A stretch of DNA of 38,563 nucleotides from an uncultured Deferribacteres bacterium (GCA_964014485.1 CAXHAT010000064.1:1-38563), one strand, 5' to 3'; shown: positions 28,801 to 37,351, counted from the first letter of the stretch. The notes: generated from the letters alone by a model not told the origin. Numbers and translations: made by a program.

Positions 28801-28953
28801 AAACGCTATTTTAGCTTGGAAGAAGACGCCAAGCTGCGCCAAAAAGCCGAGCAGGAACGCGCCATGCTCGTGCAAAAAGTCCTCAATGCCGGCGAGAAAA
28901 AAGGCCCCGCTGCGGGTGGTCGCAGAGCAAGACCGACGGACGGTTTGCAGTAG
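25882..28953 (+). CDS. Secreted double-domain amidohydrolase family protein (copy A)
   Basis: GAGGAG RBS before ATG 25882; signal peptide; first barrel GFIDLYTN (no HxH) ... GSVERGKLANL; second barrel PGIIDAHSH, KFALGENVK, HCHSYR, THILE, NSDS, GSLEKGKDADFVIW. Confidence 0.9.
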   Translation: MKFRHLLTVMFVTMLAASQLTAQTRPVEGLHKNTPNVHALTNVKVVVVPGKVIENATVIVRDSYIDAVGPNVKVPADAVVHDMNGKTVYAGFIDLYTNYGIAAPASGRTPAGGRGGGQQASAPASGSSNNAAVYWNQFVRPERRAADLFKHNDKSAKTFRENGFTTVLTFSNQGLFRGTGALVLLKDGEKNETILVDEAALGMSMTKGGGRRSFRRDLSNYPSSLMGVVALQRQVFYDADWYQKSWSGYSASPGGKTAPEVNLSLQALQPYLSEQKTIIMETDNEFNALRAAKVQKEFGLNMWVRTGGHSYRWLDDVKKTGMKIIVPLNYPETPKVATIEDEVDVSLRDLRHWDMAAENAGRIEKAGIEFALTSSLLKKQGDFLKNLRTAVERGLSTDRALAALTTAPAAWLDMTSSLGSVERGKLANLIVTDGDIFNSDTKIHDAWVGGKRFEITTTPEVDLRGDWTLTLNSGASADTGMVMLTGTDAKPSAALRVDGKKISGAKFNANGRQVTLSFSGDSLGQKGMIRLSGMVEGKAILGNGAWPNGETFKWRADFANEMKKKRERKKKKAASMSTLSLVYPEGAYGIASQPEQPAAVLVKNATIWTSGPDGIIENADLLVRDGKVESVGKNLSAPGNAVEIDATGKHVTPGIIDAHSHSAAASINEGIQSISSEVRMEDVIESSSIHIYRQLAGGVTATQLLHGSANPIGGQSAILKFRWGSSPEGLLFEGSFPSIKFALGENVKRNTIRYPNTRMGVEQFFSDRFQAAKDYRTAWDTYRANSKKDKNLAPPRRNLQLEPLVEILEDKRIIHCHSYRQDEILALLRVADDQGFKVWTFTHILEGYKVADEMRKHGAMASTFSDWWVYKFEVYDAIPYNGTLMHDQEVVVSFNSDSGELARRLNTEASKAVKYGGVDPAEALKFVTLNPAKQLRIEHRVGSLEKGKDADFVIWSGDPLSTYTICEQTWIDGKRYFSLEEDAKLRQKAEQERAMLVQKVLNAGEKKGPAAGGRRARPTDGLQ

Positions 28954-29032
28954 GCAGTTTTCAGTAATTAGTAATAAAACATTAGGTTAGCCTCACAACT
29001 GCGCCAAAACAGTACAAATCGGCGCTTCAGAG

Positions 29033-29125
29033 GCAGCCTAAAGGCTGAACTACAAACGACGGTGCTTGCCCAAAGCACGGAGTAGGAGAATTGCACTGTC
29101 GTTTGTAGTTCAAGCTTCAGCTTGC
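29033..29125. repeat. REPIN (inverted REP doublet), left of the RAYT
   Basis: Reverse REP 29033-29053 (rc GTAGTTCAGCCTTTAGGCTGC) and forward REP 29105-29125 (GTAGTTCAAGCTTCAGCTTGC); extended arms GAACTACAAACGACGGTGC / GCACTGTCGTTTGTAGTTC. Confidence 0.9.
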
Positions 29126-29181
29126 TCCCGAAACAACACACTTTCCCGGACTCGAAGGTTTTAAATTTACTAGGGTTACAG

Positions 29182-29787
29182 ATGTACGATTGGCGGAAAA
29201 TGACAAAGGAAGAACGCGAGCAAATTCTGAAAGAACGTAAGCTTGTCGGTCGTCCGTGGCACAATCCACCGCATTTAAAAGGAGATTCCGATTTTTACTT
29301 CATTAGCGCCGCTTGTTATGAGCACAAACACATCATCGGTAAATCCGCGCAAAGAATGGAAAGTTTCTGCGCGAATTTGCTCGCGGCGTTTGACGATTTG
29401 AAAGCACGAATTTCCGCTTGGTGTGTTTTATCAAATCATTATCACGTTCTCGCGAAAATTACGCCCTTCGATGGGTTTTCGGAAAGATTAGGCGAGTTTC
29501 ACGGCAGAACGTCGCGATCATGGAACAAGGAAGACAATGTGGAAGGAAGGAAAATCTGGCACAATTCAATGGATCGTAGCATTCGCAATGACCGGCATTA
29601 TTACGTGACTTTGAATTACATTCATCACAACCCAGTGCACCATCGTTATGTCAAAAAATGGCAGGATTGGCCGTTTTCCAGCGTGAATTCTTTTTTGGAT
29701 AAATTTGGCAAACGCGAGGCGATGATGCTTTGGAATGAATATCCTTTGCTGGATTATGGCAAAGGCTGGGATGATCCTGAGATGTAG
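29182..29787 (+). mobile_element. REP-associated tyrosine transposase (RAYT / TnpA-REP, Y1 HUH)
   Basis: YFISAACY, AWCVLSNHYHVL (HUH), IWHNSMDRSIR, NYIHHNPV (catalytic Tyr + NP) and DWPFSS motifs; flanked by REPINs; no tnpB. Start placed at ATG 29182. Confidence 0.9.
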
Positions 29788-29833
29788 TTTTGAGAATGAA
29801 AGCGGAGTTCTGGAATTGTAACCACTCCCAAAA

Positions 29834-29925
29834 ACAAACTGAAGTTTGAACTACAAACGACCGTGCTTTCTTCTACTCTGAGCGTAAAACATGCACCGTC
29901 GTTTGTAGTTCAGCCTTCAGGCTGC
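29834..29925. repeat. REPIN (inverted REP doublet), right of the RAYT
   Basis: Reverse REP 29834-29854 (rc GTAGTTCAAACTTCAGTTTGT) and forward REP 29905-29925 (GTAGTTCAGCCTTCAGGCTGC); the whole unit is a diverged reverse complement of 29033-29125. Confidence 0.9.
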
Positions 29926-29940
29926 TTTTTGTGAAACATT

Positions 29941-30282
29941 ATGGAATACAAACACAAAACCCTCGCGGCGGGGCGGTGGGCAGAGATGTCGTTTGTGGAA
30001 CAAATGGCGAATATTGGCGCCGAAGTGAGCCGGGCGCTGCATTGGAAAAGAAAAAACAACAAAAAGTACTGCGACGACGCGCTTGCCCGCGCGTTGGAAT
30101 TGCTCTACCTGACCATTGAAAACGCAACCGGCTTTCCGCGCCTGAAAGAACTCTGCCGCCTGCGCGAAGCGCTGCTGGATTATTTTTACGGCGACAACGC
30201 CTTCAAATCTTCCGATGTTTTATGGGAAAAGTATTTTAATCATTTCAATTATGCGGCGAGGAAAGAGCGTTTCAGAAGATAA
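29941..30282 (+). CDS. Small hypothetical helical protein
   Basis: 113 aa ORF with host-like codon usage; W-x6-QMANIGAEVSRA and LKELCRLREAL motifs look like a conserved hypothetical family; no function recognised. Confidence 0.7.
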   Translation: MEYKHKTLAAGRWAEMSFVEQMANIGAEVSRALHWKRKNNKKYCDDALARALELLYLTIENATGFPRLKELCRLREALLDYFYGDNAFKSSDVLWEKYFNHFNYAARKERFRR

Positions 30283-30422
30283 CAGTTCTGGATGTACACG
30301 ATGGTTGTTCTTGTGCTTTATGTGTTAAGGCGAATATTCCATCGCTATGAAATTTTGAAGCTCAAACCGTTAATTTGTCCTTTGAAGTTGTATTGTAATC
30401 GGGTTAGCAGGAGGGGTCTCAG

Positions 30423-32489
30423 ATGAAAATTAGAATTTCAAGTTTTACCGCTAGTTGTTTTTGCATCGTTATCTTGACGAGTTGTACTACTCCAGATGAA
30501 GCGGCAAATCAACTTTTTGTTGAAGCTTCTAATTTGGTAGTTACTGCTGACGAAGCTAGCCAAGGAAATTTTTCTGCAGCCTTGGAACACTACAAAAAAG
30601 CCTTGGCAAAAGTGGAAAAAATTTCTTCAAAATATTCGTCATCACAACTGGCGGTACAAATAGCGCAAGGGAATGCGAAGCTTGGCGATTATACAATTTC
30701 AGAGTTGAGAGATGAGATTATTCCCAGAACTGAGAATAAAGCCCTTGCTGAAAAAAGTCCACTTGCTTGCGCCTTTCTTATTGCACTTTCAATCGACGAT
30801 TTGAACTCAAAAATCGAAACTTTAATAAGGGTGGCGGAAAGTAGTCTCAAATTTGAGCAATACGAATTTGCAATAAGAGTTCTTGATTCACTTCTCGTCA
30901 GTGCAACGGGTTATGATGATAACTTCATAGGGCAGACTATAGCAATGAAGACCTTTGCATGCATTAAAACAAACCAATATGAAAAAGCGTTAGCAGCCGC
31001 TAAATCAATAAAAGGCGACTATCACGACAATGATAAAATCAGAGCATTTACTATGATTGCGCATAAATTTATGGAAATAGGAAAAGAAAATCGGTGTCTT
31101 GAAGCGGCAGCCGAAACAGGCAATTCTGTTGAAAAAACCAAAACTCTTACAGCATCGGCTAAACAATTTCGGGAAAAAGGAGACAGAAAGAAAGCGCTTA
31201 TAATGTTATCTCATGCAGAAGAAGCTGTTTCCACGATTGTTGATAAAGAGCAGAAAATTGAAGCACTACTATATATAACTGATGAATATTTGGAAGCGAA
31301 AGACGAACATTATGCATTGGTAATGCTCTCTCATGCAATGCAAACCGCTTCTAACGTAGACGATCCATCACAAAAAATAAGAGTATTGGGCACAATCGCT
31401 CGTAAATATTCAAGCGCAGATCAAAAATCCAAAGCCCTTGAAATCTTATCGAACGCTTCCACAATCGCTCATGAAGTCAGACCCAAGAAGGAAAGAGACG
31501 AAATGTTATCAGACGTCATTTCAGGGTTCTACTCTGATATTGGAGAATTCGACCAAGCTATAAAACTCGCTAACTACGCAGCAAGTGTTTATGAAAAGGA
31601 ATTTGTTTTAAGTACAATTGCGAGAGACTGTGCTGAAGCCGGTTCATACGATTTGGCTTTGAATATTGCAAACGGTATAAAAACCAAACTATGGGTTCGA
31701 ACTAAGATACACGTCTTTGAAGTTGTTGCAGGCAAGTGCGCTGAAGCCGGAGAATATGACCAAGCTCTAGAAGCAGCCGGTTTAATATCCGATCCTTCAG
31801 TCAGAATAGAAGCTCTCATGAAAATAGCTTCAGCATATTGGAAAAATGGTCTGGACCAAAAAGCCAGTGAAGTTGCAACCAACGCGATGCGAATTGCAAA
31901 AAATACGGAAAGTAAACTTCTTGAACCAAGAGCACTCTCATCGATTGCTAATCAATATGTAAAGGCTGGATTGTTTGATCAAGCTTTTCAAGCCATTAGA
32001 CTGGCGAAAAAGCCTGGACAAAATGTAGTGGAAGTTCTACTCAGTATAGCTGACAACTATTCTGAAGCCAATCAGCCCGAACGAGAAATGGAAGTTATGT
32101 CTTTTGCGTATCAGCTTGTCCACTCAGCTAGAGCCGCCGAACCAGTGTCTTGGGGGAAACCTGCTTTACTGCCCGGGTTGCGCCTTATTGTAGATAAATA
32201 TGCGAGGATCGGACAATTTGAGCGGGCGTTAGAAATTGCTGAATCAACTAGCGGCACGAGAGATAAGGCTGTTTTGTTTGCCCGAATTGCGACAGTGTAT
32301 ACTGAGATCGGGAATAAGAACAAAGCGACCGAGCTCTTCAATCGAGCTATAGGATTGACAGAAGCTACAGAAAATGCTGAATCGAAGGCTCGCTTGTTGA
32401 CTGCGATAAGTGACGATTATATAGAGTCCAATCATCAGCCTGAGAACAGTACTCAAAGAATGCTGTATACTTTAGCCCGAGAATTTTGA
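30423..32489 (+). CDS. AT-rich TPR-like alpha-solenoid lipoprotein
   Basis: GGAGG RBS; IVILTSC lipobox; repeated 'GxYDxALxxAxxI' helical units; frequent ATA/AGA/TTA codons unlike its neighbours. Confidence 0.8.
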   Translation: MKIRISSFTASCFCIVILTSCTTPDEAANQLFVEASNLVVTADEASQGNFSAALEHYKKALAKVEKISSKYSSSQLAVQIAQGNAKLGDYTISELRDEIIPRTENKALAEKSPLACAFLIALSIDDLNSKIETLIRVAESSLKFEQYEFAIRVLDSLLVSATGYDDNFIGQTIAMKTFACIKTNQYEKALAAAKSIKGDYHDNDKIRAFTMIAHKFMEIGKENRCLEAAAETGNSVEKTKTLTASAKQFREKGDRKKALIMLSHAEEAVSTIVDKEQKIEALLYITDEYLEAKDEHYALVMLSHAMQTASNVDDPSQKIRVLGTIARKYSSADQKSKALEILSNASTIAHEVRPKKERDEMLSDVISGFYSDIGEFDQAIKLANYAASVYEKEFVLSTIARDCAEAGSYDLALNIANGIKTKLWVRTKIHVFEVVAGKCAEAGEYDQALEAAGLISDPSVRIEALMKIASAYWKNGLDQKASEVATNAMRIAKNTESKLLEPRALSSIANQYVKAGLFDQAFQAIRLAKKPGQNVVEVLLSIADNYSEANQPEREMEVMSFAYQLVHSARAAEPVSWGKPALLPGLRLIVDKYARIGQFERALEIAESTSGTRDKAVLFARIATVYTEIGNKNKATELFNRAIGLTEATENAESKARLLTAISDDYIESNHQPENSTQRMLYTLAREF

Positions 32490-32598
32490 GACAATCTGGT
32501 CTCGCCACGCCGGAGACCGTAGTCACGAGACGGAGCGTATCATTGTTTTGCCGTGTAATTGTTCTGCCAGATAAAAACGATTTTCAGGAGAAGCATTC

Positions 32599-35500
32599 AT
32601 GCCAAACATGAAATTCCTAAAACGTATCATTTTAAAAACGACGATTCTGAGCGCATTGATTTTCGCGCAATCCGTGTTTTCTCAAACACGCCCAGTTGAA
32701 GGGCTGCATGAAAATGCGCCGAATGTGGTGGCGTTGACGAACGTCACGGTCGTGGTTGCGCCGGGCAATGTGGTTGAGGGGGCGACGGTGGTGATTCGCG
32801 ACAGTTACATTGACGCGGTCGGCAAAAACGTCAAGGTTCCGGCGGATGCGGTGGTGCGCGATCTGAGCGGCAAGACGGTTTATCCGGCGTTTATCGATCT
32901 TTACACGCATTACGGCATTGCCGCGCCGAAGCCCTCCAGGAGCGGAGGCGGGGGCGGCGGATTTCCATTTGGCGCGCCGAGCGCACCCGCCGCGAGCAAT
33001 GACGACGGCGCGGTGCATTGGAACAAGAACGTGCGTCCGGAACAGCGAGTAGCGGACATGTTCAAGCACGACGACAAAGCCGCCGGCAGCCTGCGCAAGT
33101 CCGGCTTCGCTACGGTGATGAGCTTTCCGCGTTCCGGTATTTTTCGCGGGCAGGGCGCGCTCATTTTGCTGAAAGACGGCGACAAAAACGAGACCATTCT
33201 GGCCGATCAACCGGCGCTTGGCATGGCGATGAGCAAGGGCGGCGCAATCGCTTTTTCATTCGACGTTTCGAACTACCCTGGCTCGGTCATGGGTGTGATG
33301 GCGTTGATGCGCCAGACCTTGCACGACGCGGAGTGGTACCAAAAATCATGGGCGGCCTACAACGCTTCTCCGGCGGGCAAGACGGCGCCGGAAAAAAATC
33401 TCTCTTTTGCAGCACTTCTACCTTACGCCAAGGATCAAAAACTGGTGGTTTTTGAAGCCGCTAATGAACTGGAAATTTTGCGTGCGAGTCGCATCGCAAA
33501 GGAATTTGGCCTGAACGCCATCGTGCGCGGCGGCGGTTCCGAGTATCGTCGTCTCAATGCGATCAAAAGCACCGGCTTGAAACTGGTCGTGCCGTTGAAT
33601 TTCCCGGAAGCGCCGAAAGTCGCGACGTTGGAAGACGAATTTGACGTAAGTCTGCGCGATTTGCGCCATTGGGATTTGGCGCCGGAAAACGCCGGGCGCG
33701 TAGCAAAAGCGGACGTGCTGTTCTCGTTGACCTCGTCCACCCTCAAGAAAACCGAGGATTTTCTCGGCAATTTGCGCAAAGCCGTCAAGCGCGGCTTGAG
33801 CAAAGACCGGGCGCTGGCGGCGCTGACTTCCACTCCGGCGGCGTGGCTTGGCATGTCGAACACGTTGGGCGGCGTCGAGAGCGGCAAACTGGCGAATCTG
33901 GTCGTGACCAACGGCGATTTGTTTGACGACGCGACAAAAATTTATGAGACCTGGGTCAGCGGCAAGCGTTACGAAATTACGCCCTCCGCCGAAATCGATC
34001 CGCGCGGCACATGGACGATAACTTTAGCGGGTTCGGACACCGGAATTGTCACTTTTGGCGGAACCGATCTCAAGCCATCCGCCTCGAAAGTGCGCGTGCA
34101 AGGCAAGGAAATCAAAGGCGCTAAAGCGACGTTCAACGGCCGTCAGATGACGATGTCGTTTGCGGGCGATTCATTGAACAAGAAAGGCACGGTGCGCTTG
34201 AGCGGTCTGCTTGAAGATCAGGAAATCAAGGGCACGGGCGTTTGGCCGGACGGCGCACGCTTCAAGTGGAGCGGGACGTTTGCCAAGGCGCATGAAGAAA
34301 ACAAGAAAGGCGACGAGAAAGCGAAAGATTCGCAAATGTCGTCGTTGCAAATCGTTTATCCGGAAGGCGCTTACGGCATCACTTCCACGCCGGAGCAGCC
34401 CGCAGTTGTGCTGGTGAAAAACGCGACAATCTGGACTTCCGGCCCCGAGGGTAAACTTGAAAATGCGGACATGCTGGTACGCGACGGCAAGATTTCGAAA
34501 GTTGGGCAAAACCTGCCGGCGCCGGGCAATGCCGTGGAGATCGACGCGAGCGGCAAGCACGTCACGCCGGGGCTGATCGACGCGCATTCGCACACCGCCA
34601 GCAGCGACCCGTTCGTGAATGAATTGACCTACTCGATCACTTCGGAAGTGCGCATGGGCGACGTGATTAATCCTGACGACATCGACATTTACCGCCAACT
34701 CGCTGGCGGCACGACTTCGGTTTTGCAATTGCACGGCTCCGGCAATTCCATCGGCGGGCAGAGCATTACGCTGAAATTTCGCTGGGGCGCCGGACCGGAG
34801 GAGATGAAATTCGAGGGCGCCGCGCCGACGATCAAGTTCGCGCTCGGCGAAAATGTCAAGCGCGCGAGCATTCCGAATGACAATCGTTTCCCGAAAACGC
34901 GCATGGGCGTGGAGCAGTTTTTTACCAGCTGGTTTGATGCGGCCAAAGATTATCAGCGCGAAATAGCGACGTTCAAAAACGCCAAAAAGAACGCCGGACT
35001 GATACCGCCGCGCCGCGACTTGCGTCTCGACGCGCTGGTGGAAATCATGAACGACGAGCGCATTATTCACTGCCACTCCTACCGCCAGGACGAAATTCTG
35101 GCGCTAATGCGCGTGGCGGAAAGAACGGGGTTCAAAGTCTTCGCATTCACCCACATTCTCGAAGGCTACAAAGTCGCCGATGAGATGGTGAAGCACGGAG
35201 CAATGGCTTCGACGTTCAGCGATTGGTGGGTTTACAAATTTGAAGTGTACGACGCGATTCCCTACGGCGGCGCACTCATGCACGACCAGGGACTTGTGGT
35301 CAGCTTCAACTCAGACAGCGGCGAGCTGGCGCGACGTTTGAACACGGAAGCTTCAAAAGCTGTGAAGTACGGCGCCGTTCCAGAAGAAGAAGCTTTGAAA
35401 TTCGTGACGATCAATCCGGCCAAGCAACTGCGCGTCGAAGATCGTGTCGGCAGTCTGGAGGAAGGCAAGGACGCGGATTTCGTGATTTGGAGCGGCAACC

Positions 35501-35679
35501 CGCTTTCGACTTACTCGATTTGCGAGCAAACCTGGATCGACGGGCGGAAATATTTTGATTTGGAAACGGACGCGATGCTGCAAGAAAAAGCCGCAAAAGA
35601 ACGTGCCCAGTTGGTGCAAAAGGTTTTGGCTCAAGGCGGAAGCGGCAATAAGAGTGGTCGTCCGGCAGGTGGAAGGTGA
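32599..35679 (+). CDS. Secreted double-domain amidohydrolase family protein (copy B)
   Basis: Collinear paralog of copy A: QTRPVEGLH, FIDLYTH, PGLIDAHSH, KFALGENVK, HCHSYRQDEIL, NSDSGELARRLN. Start at 32599 (AGGAG RBS) or 32608. Confidence 0.9.
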   Translation: MPNMKFLKRIILKTTILSALIFAQSVFSQTRPVEGLHENAPNVVALTNVTVVVAPGNVVEGATVVIRDSYIDAVGKNVKVPADAVVRDLSGKTVYPAFIDLYTHYGIAAPKPSRSGGGGGGFPFGAPSAPAASNDDGAVHWNKNVRPEQRVADMFKHDDKAAGSLRKSGFATVMSFPRSGIFRGQGALILLKDGDKNETILADQPALGMAMSKGGAIAFSFDVSNYPGSVMGVMALMRQTLHDAEWYQKSWAAYNASPAGKTAPEKNLSFAALLPYAKDQKLVVFEAANELEILRASRIAKEFGLNAIVRGGGSEYRRLNAIKSTGLKLVVPLNFPEAPKVATLEDEFDVSLRDLRHWDLAPENAGRVAKADVLFSLTSSTLKKTEDFLGNLRKAVKRGLSKDRALAALTSTPAAWLGMSNTLGGVESGKLANLVVTNGDLFDDATKIYETWVSGKRYEITPSAEIDPRGTWTITLAGSDTGIVTFGGTDLKPSASKVRVQGKEIKGAKATFNGRQMTMSFAGDSLNKKGTVRLSGLLEDQEIKGTGVWPDGARFKWSGTFAKAHEENKKGDEKAKDSQMSSLQIVYPEGAYGITSTPEQPAVVLVKNATIWTSGPEGKLENADMLVRDGKISKVGQNLPAPGNAVEIDASGKHVTPGLIDAHSHTASSDPFVNELTYSITSEVRMGDVINPDDIDIYRQLAGGTTSVLQLHGSGNSIGGQSITLKFRWGAGPEEMKFEGAAPTIKFALGENVKRASIPNDNRFPKTRMGVEQFFTSWFDAAKDYQREIATFKNAKKNAGLIPPRRDLRLDALVEIMNDERIIHCHSYRQDEILALMRVAERTGFKVFAFTHILEGYKVADEMVKHGAMASTFSDWWVYKFEVYDAIPYGGALMHDQGLVVSFNSDSGELARRLNTEASKAVKYGAVPEEEALKFVTINPAKQLRVEDRVGSLEEGKDADFVIWSGNPLSTYSICEQTWIDGRKYFDLETDAMLQEKAAKERAQLVQKVLAQGGSGNKSGRPAGGR

Positions 35680-35722
35680 GGGCATTGATTTCGCTTTCAG
35701 CAGGTCATTTTCATATGACAAA

Positions 35723-35794
35723 ATAATTGCAGTCAAAATGATAAAAAAATCATTTTGACTGCAATTATCCTGACTTTTCCTTGTCAGGATAATT
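35723..35794. repeat. Two overlapping perfect inverted repeats
   Basis: 20 bp arms ATAATTGCAGTCAAAATGAT (35723-35742) / ATCATTTTGACTGCAATTAT (35749-35768) with an A6 loop; 12 bp arms AATTATCCTGAC (35763-35774) / GTCAGGATAATT (35783-35794). Confidence 0.85.
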
Positions 35795-35906
35795 TCGTTT
35801 ATAAGACCATTTGCGGAAAGGGCCTAAAATTATCAATCCGCAGAGTAAAATAGGAAAAAGTGTAATCTTGAAACATAATTTCAAACCTAACCGAGAGGAG
35901 AAAATC

Positions 35907-37274
35907 ATGTTATCAGCCAAACGTTTATTGAGCGTAATCGTTGCTTTATCGATTTCGTTGGCGATGGTTATGAGCGTACAGGCGTCTGATCAGATTCCGG
36001 CGCCGCCGCAAAAACAGCCGATTGCATTGGTTGGCGGAACGATTCATACGGTGAGCGGGCCGTCAATTGAGAACGCGACGATCTTGTTCGATAAGGGCAA
36101 AATCGTCGCGATTGGCAAGGACGTGCAACTGCCGCCAAATACCAAAACGATTGACGCGACCGGCAAGCACATTTATCCGTCGTTGATCGAAGCGAATTCG
36201 AGCCTCGGCTTGATTGAAGTCGGCGCTGTAGCTGCAACACGCGATCAGAGCGAACATGGTCAGGTCAATCCGAGTGTACGTGCGGAAGTGGCGATCAACC
36301 CGGACTCGGAATTGATTCCGGTAGCGCGCTCAAACGGCGTCGGCGTGGTGATGACGCAACCGAGCGGCGGTCTGATTTCCGGGCAGTCGGCGATCATCAT
36401 GCTCGACGGCTGGACGTGGGAAGACATGACGATGCAATCTTCGGCGGCATTGATGGTCAATTGGCCGCGCATGACTCAGGGCGGCGGCAGACGTTTCTTC
36501 TTTGCTCAACAACAGCCGGGGCGTTTTGAAGAGACCTTGAAACGAAATCTGAAAGCCATTGCCGATATTTTCAAGGACGCACGCGCTTATAAAGCTGCGC
36601 GCGGTGCATCGGCTCAGGGCGGCGCGCATCACAAAGCGGACGCGCGTTTGGAAGCCATGCTGCCAGTGGTCGACGGCGAAGTTCCGGTTTGGATTCGTGC
36701 CAATCACATCAAGCAAATCAAGTCGGCGGTGGATTGGGCGACCAATCAGAATTTGAACATGGTTCTCATCGGCGGCGCTGACGCGCATTTGGCAATGGAT
36801 TTATTGAAGCGTAAGAATGTATCGGTTGTCGTCACGCCGATTTTGCGTTTGCCTTCTCGCAGACATGAAGCGTTTGACACGCCTTTCACTCTGCCGAAAA
36901 AACTGCATGACGCTGGAATCAAGTTCGCCATTGCCGGCGGACAGACAGGTAACGGCAACGACCGCAACGTGCCGTATCATGCTGCAAAAGCCGCTTCCTA
37001 CGGTCTGCCAAAGGATGTTGCGTTGAAGGCGGTCACGCAGTATCCGGCGCAAATCATGGGCGTTGATGATCAGATCGGTACGCTGGAAGTCGGCAAGGAC
37101 GCAACGCTGTTCATCAGCACCGGCGATCCGTTGGAAATTACCTCGAACGTTGAGCATCTGTTCCTACAAGGCCGCCACATCGATCTCGGTGACAAGCAGA
37201 AGCAACTCTACGAGAAGTACAAGAAGAAGTACGAGCAGAAGAAAAAGCCGGGCAAGCCGTCGACGGATGATTAG
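35907..37274 (+). CDS. Secreted single-domain amidohydrolase family partner protein, metal site degenerate
   Basis: GAGGAG RBS before ATG 35907; signal peptide; IDATGKHIYPSLIEANSSLGL (no HxH), GTLEVGKDATLFISTGDPL. Confidence 0.88.
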   Translation: MLSAKRLLSVIVALSISLAMVMSVQASDQIPAPPQKQPIALVGGTIHTVSGPSIENATILFDKGKIVAIGKDVQLPPNTKTIDATGKHIYPSLIEANSSLGLIEVGAVAATRDQSEHGQVNPSVRAEVAINPDSELIPVARSNGVGVVMTQPSGGLISGQSAIIMLDGWTWEDMTMQSSAALMVNWPRMTQGGGRRFFFAQQQPGRFEETLKRNLKAIADIFKDARAYKAARGASAQGGAHHKADARLEAMLPVVDGEVPVWIRANHIKQIKSAVDWATNQNLNMVLIGGADAHLAMDLLKRKNVSVVVTPILRLPSRRHEAFDTPFTLPKKLHDAGIKFAIAGGQTGNGNDRNVPYHAAKAASYGLPKDVALKAVTQYPAQIMGVDDQIGTLEVGKDATLFISTGDPLEITSNVEHLFLQGRHIDLGDKQKQLYEKYKKKYEQKKKPGKPSTDD

Positions 37275-37278
37275 AAAT

Positions 37279-37351
37279 TGGAGAAATGGAATGATGGATT
37301 GCTGTGTGTTTCTTTGACGTCAATCCGTTATTCCAAGAATCCACAATTCCA
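37279..37351. repeat. Inverted arrays of degenerate 8-mer repeats
   Basis: TGGAGAAA TGGAATGA TGGATTGC ... TCAATCCG TTATTCCA AGAATCCA CAATTCCA. Confidence 0.6.

Noticed and set aside
27610..28875. Long antisense ORFs (421 aa here; also 26491-27456, 34171-35076, 6904-7866)
   Set aside because: They lie opposite well-supported genes with biased codon usage, which suppresses antisense stops; no motifs recognised.
29122..29787. IS200/IS605 element with TnpB or an omega-RNA system
   Set aside because: No tnpB/iscB; the downstream ORF has no RuvC or Zn-finger motifs. The NP and DWPFSS motifs plus GTAG hairpins fit a RAYT. The extension to 29122 overlaps the REPIN.
29033..29925. Repeated GAACTACAAACGAC / GTCGTTTGTAGTTC as a possible CRISPR array
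   Set aside because: Copies alternate in orientation, the 'spacers' are homologous to each other, no cas gene is present, and they flank a RAYT.
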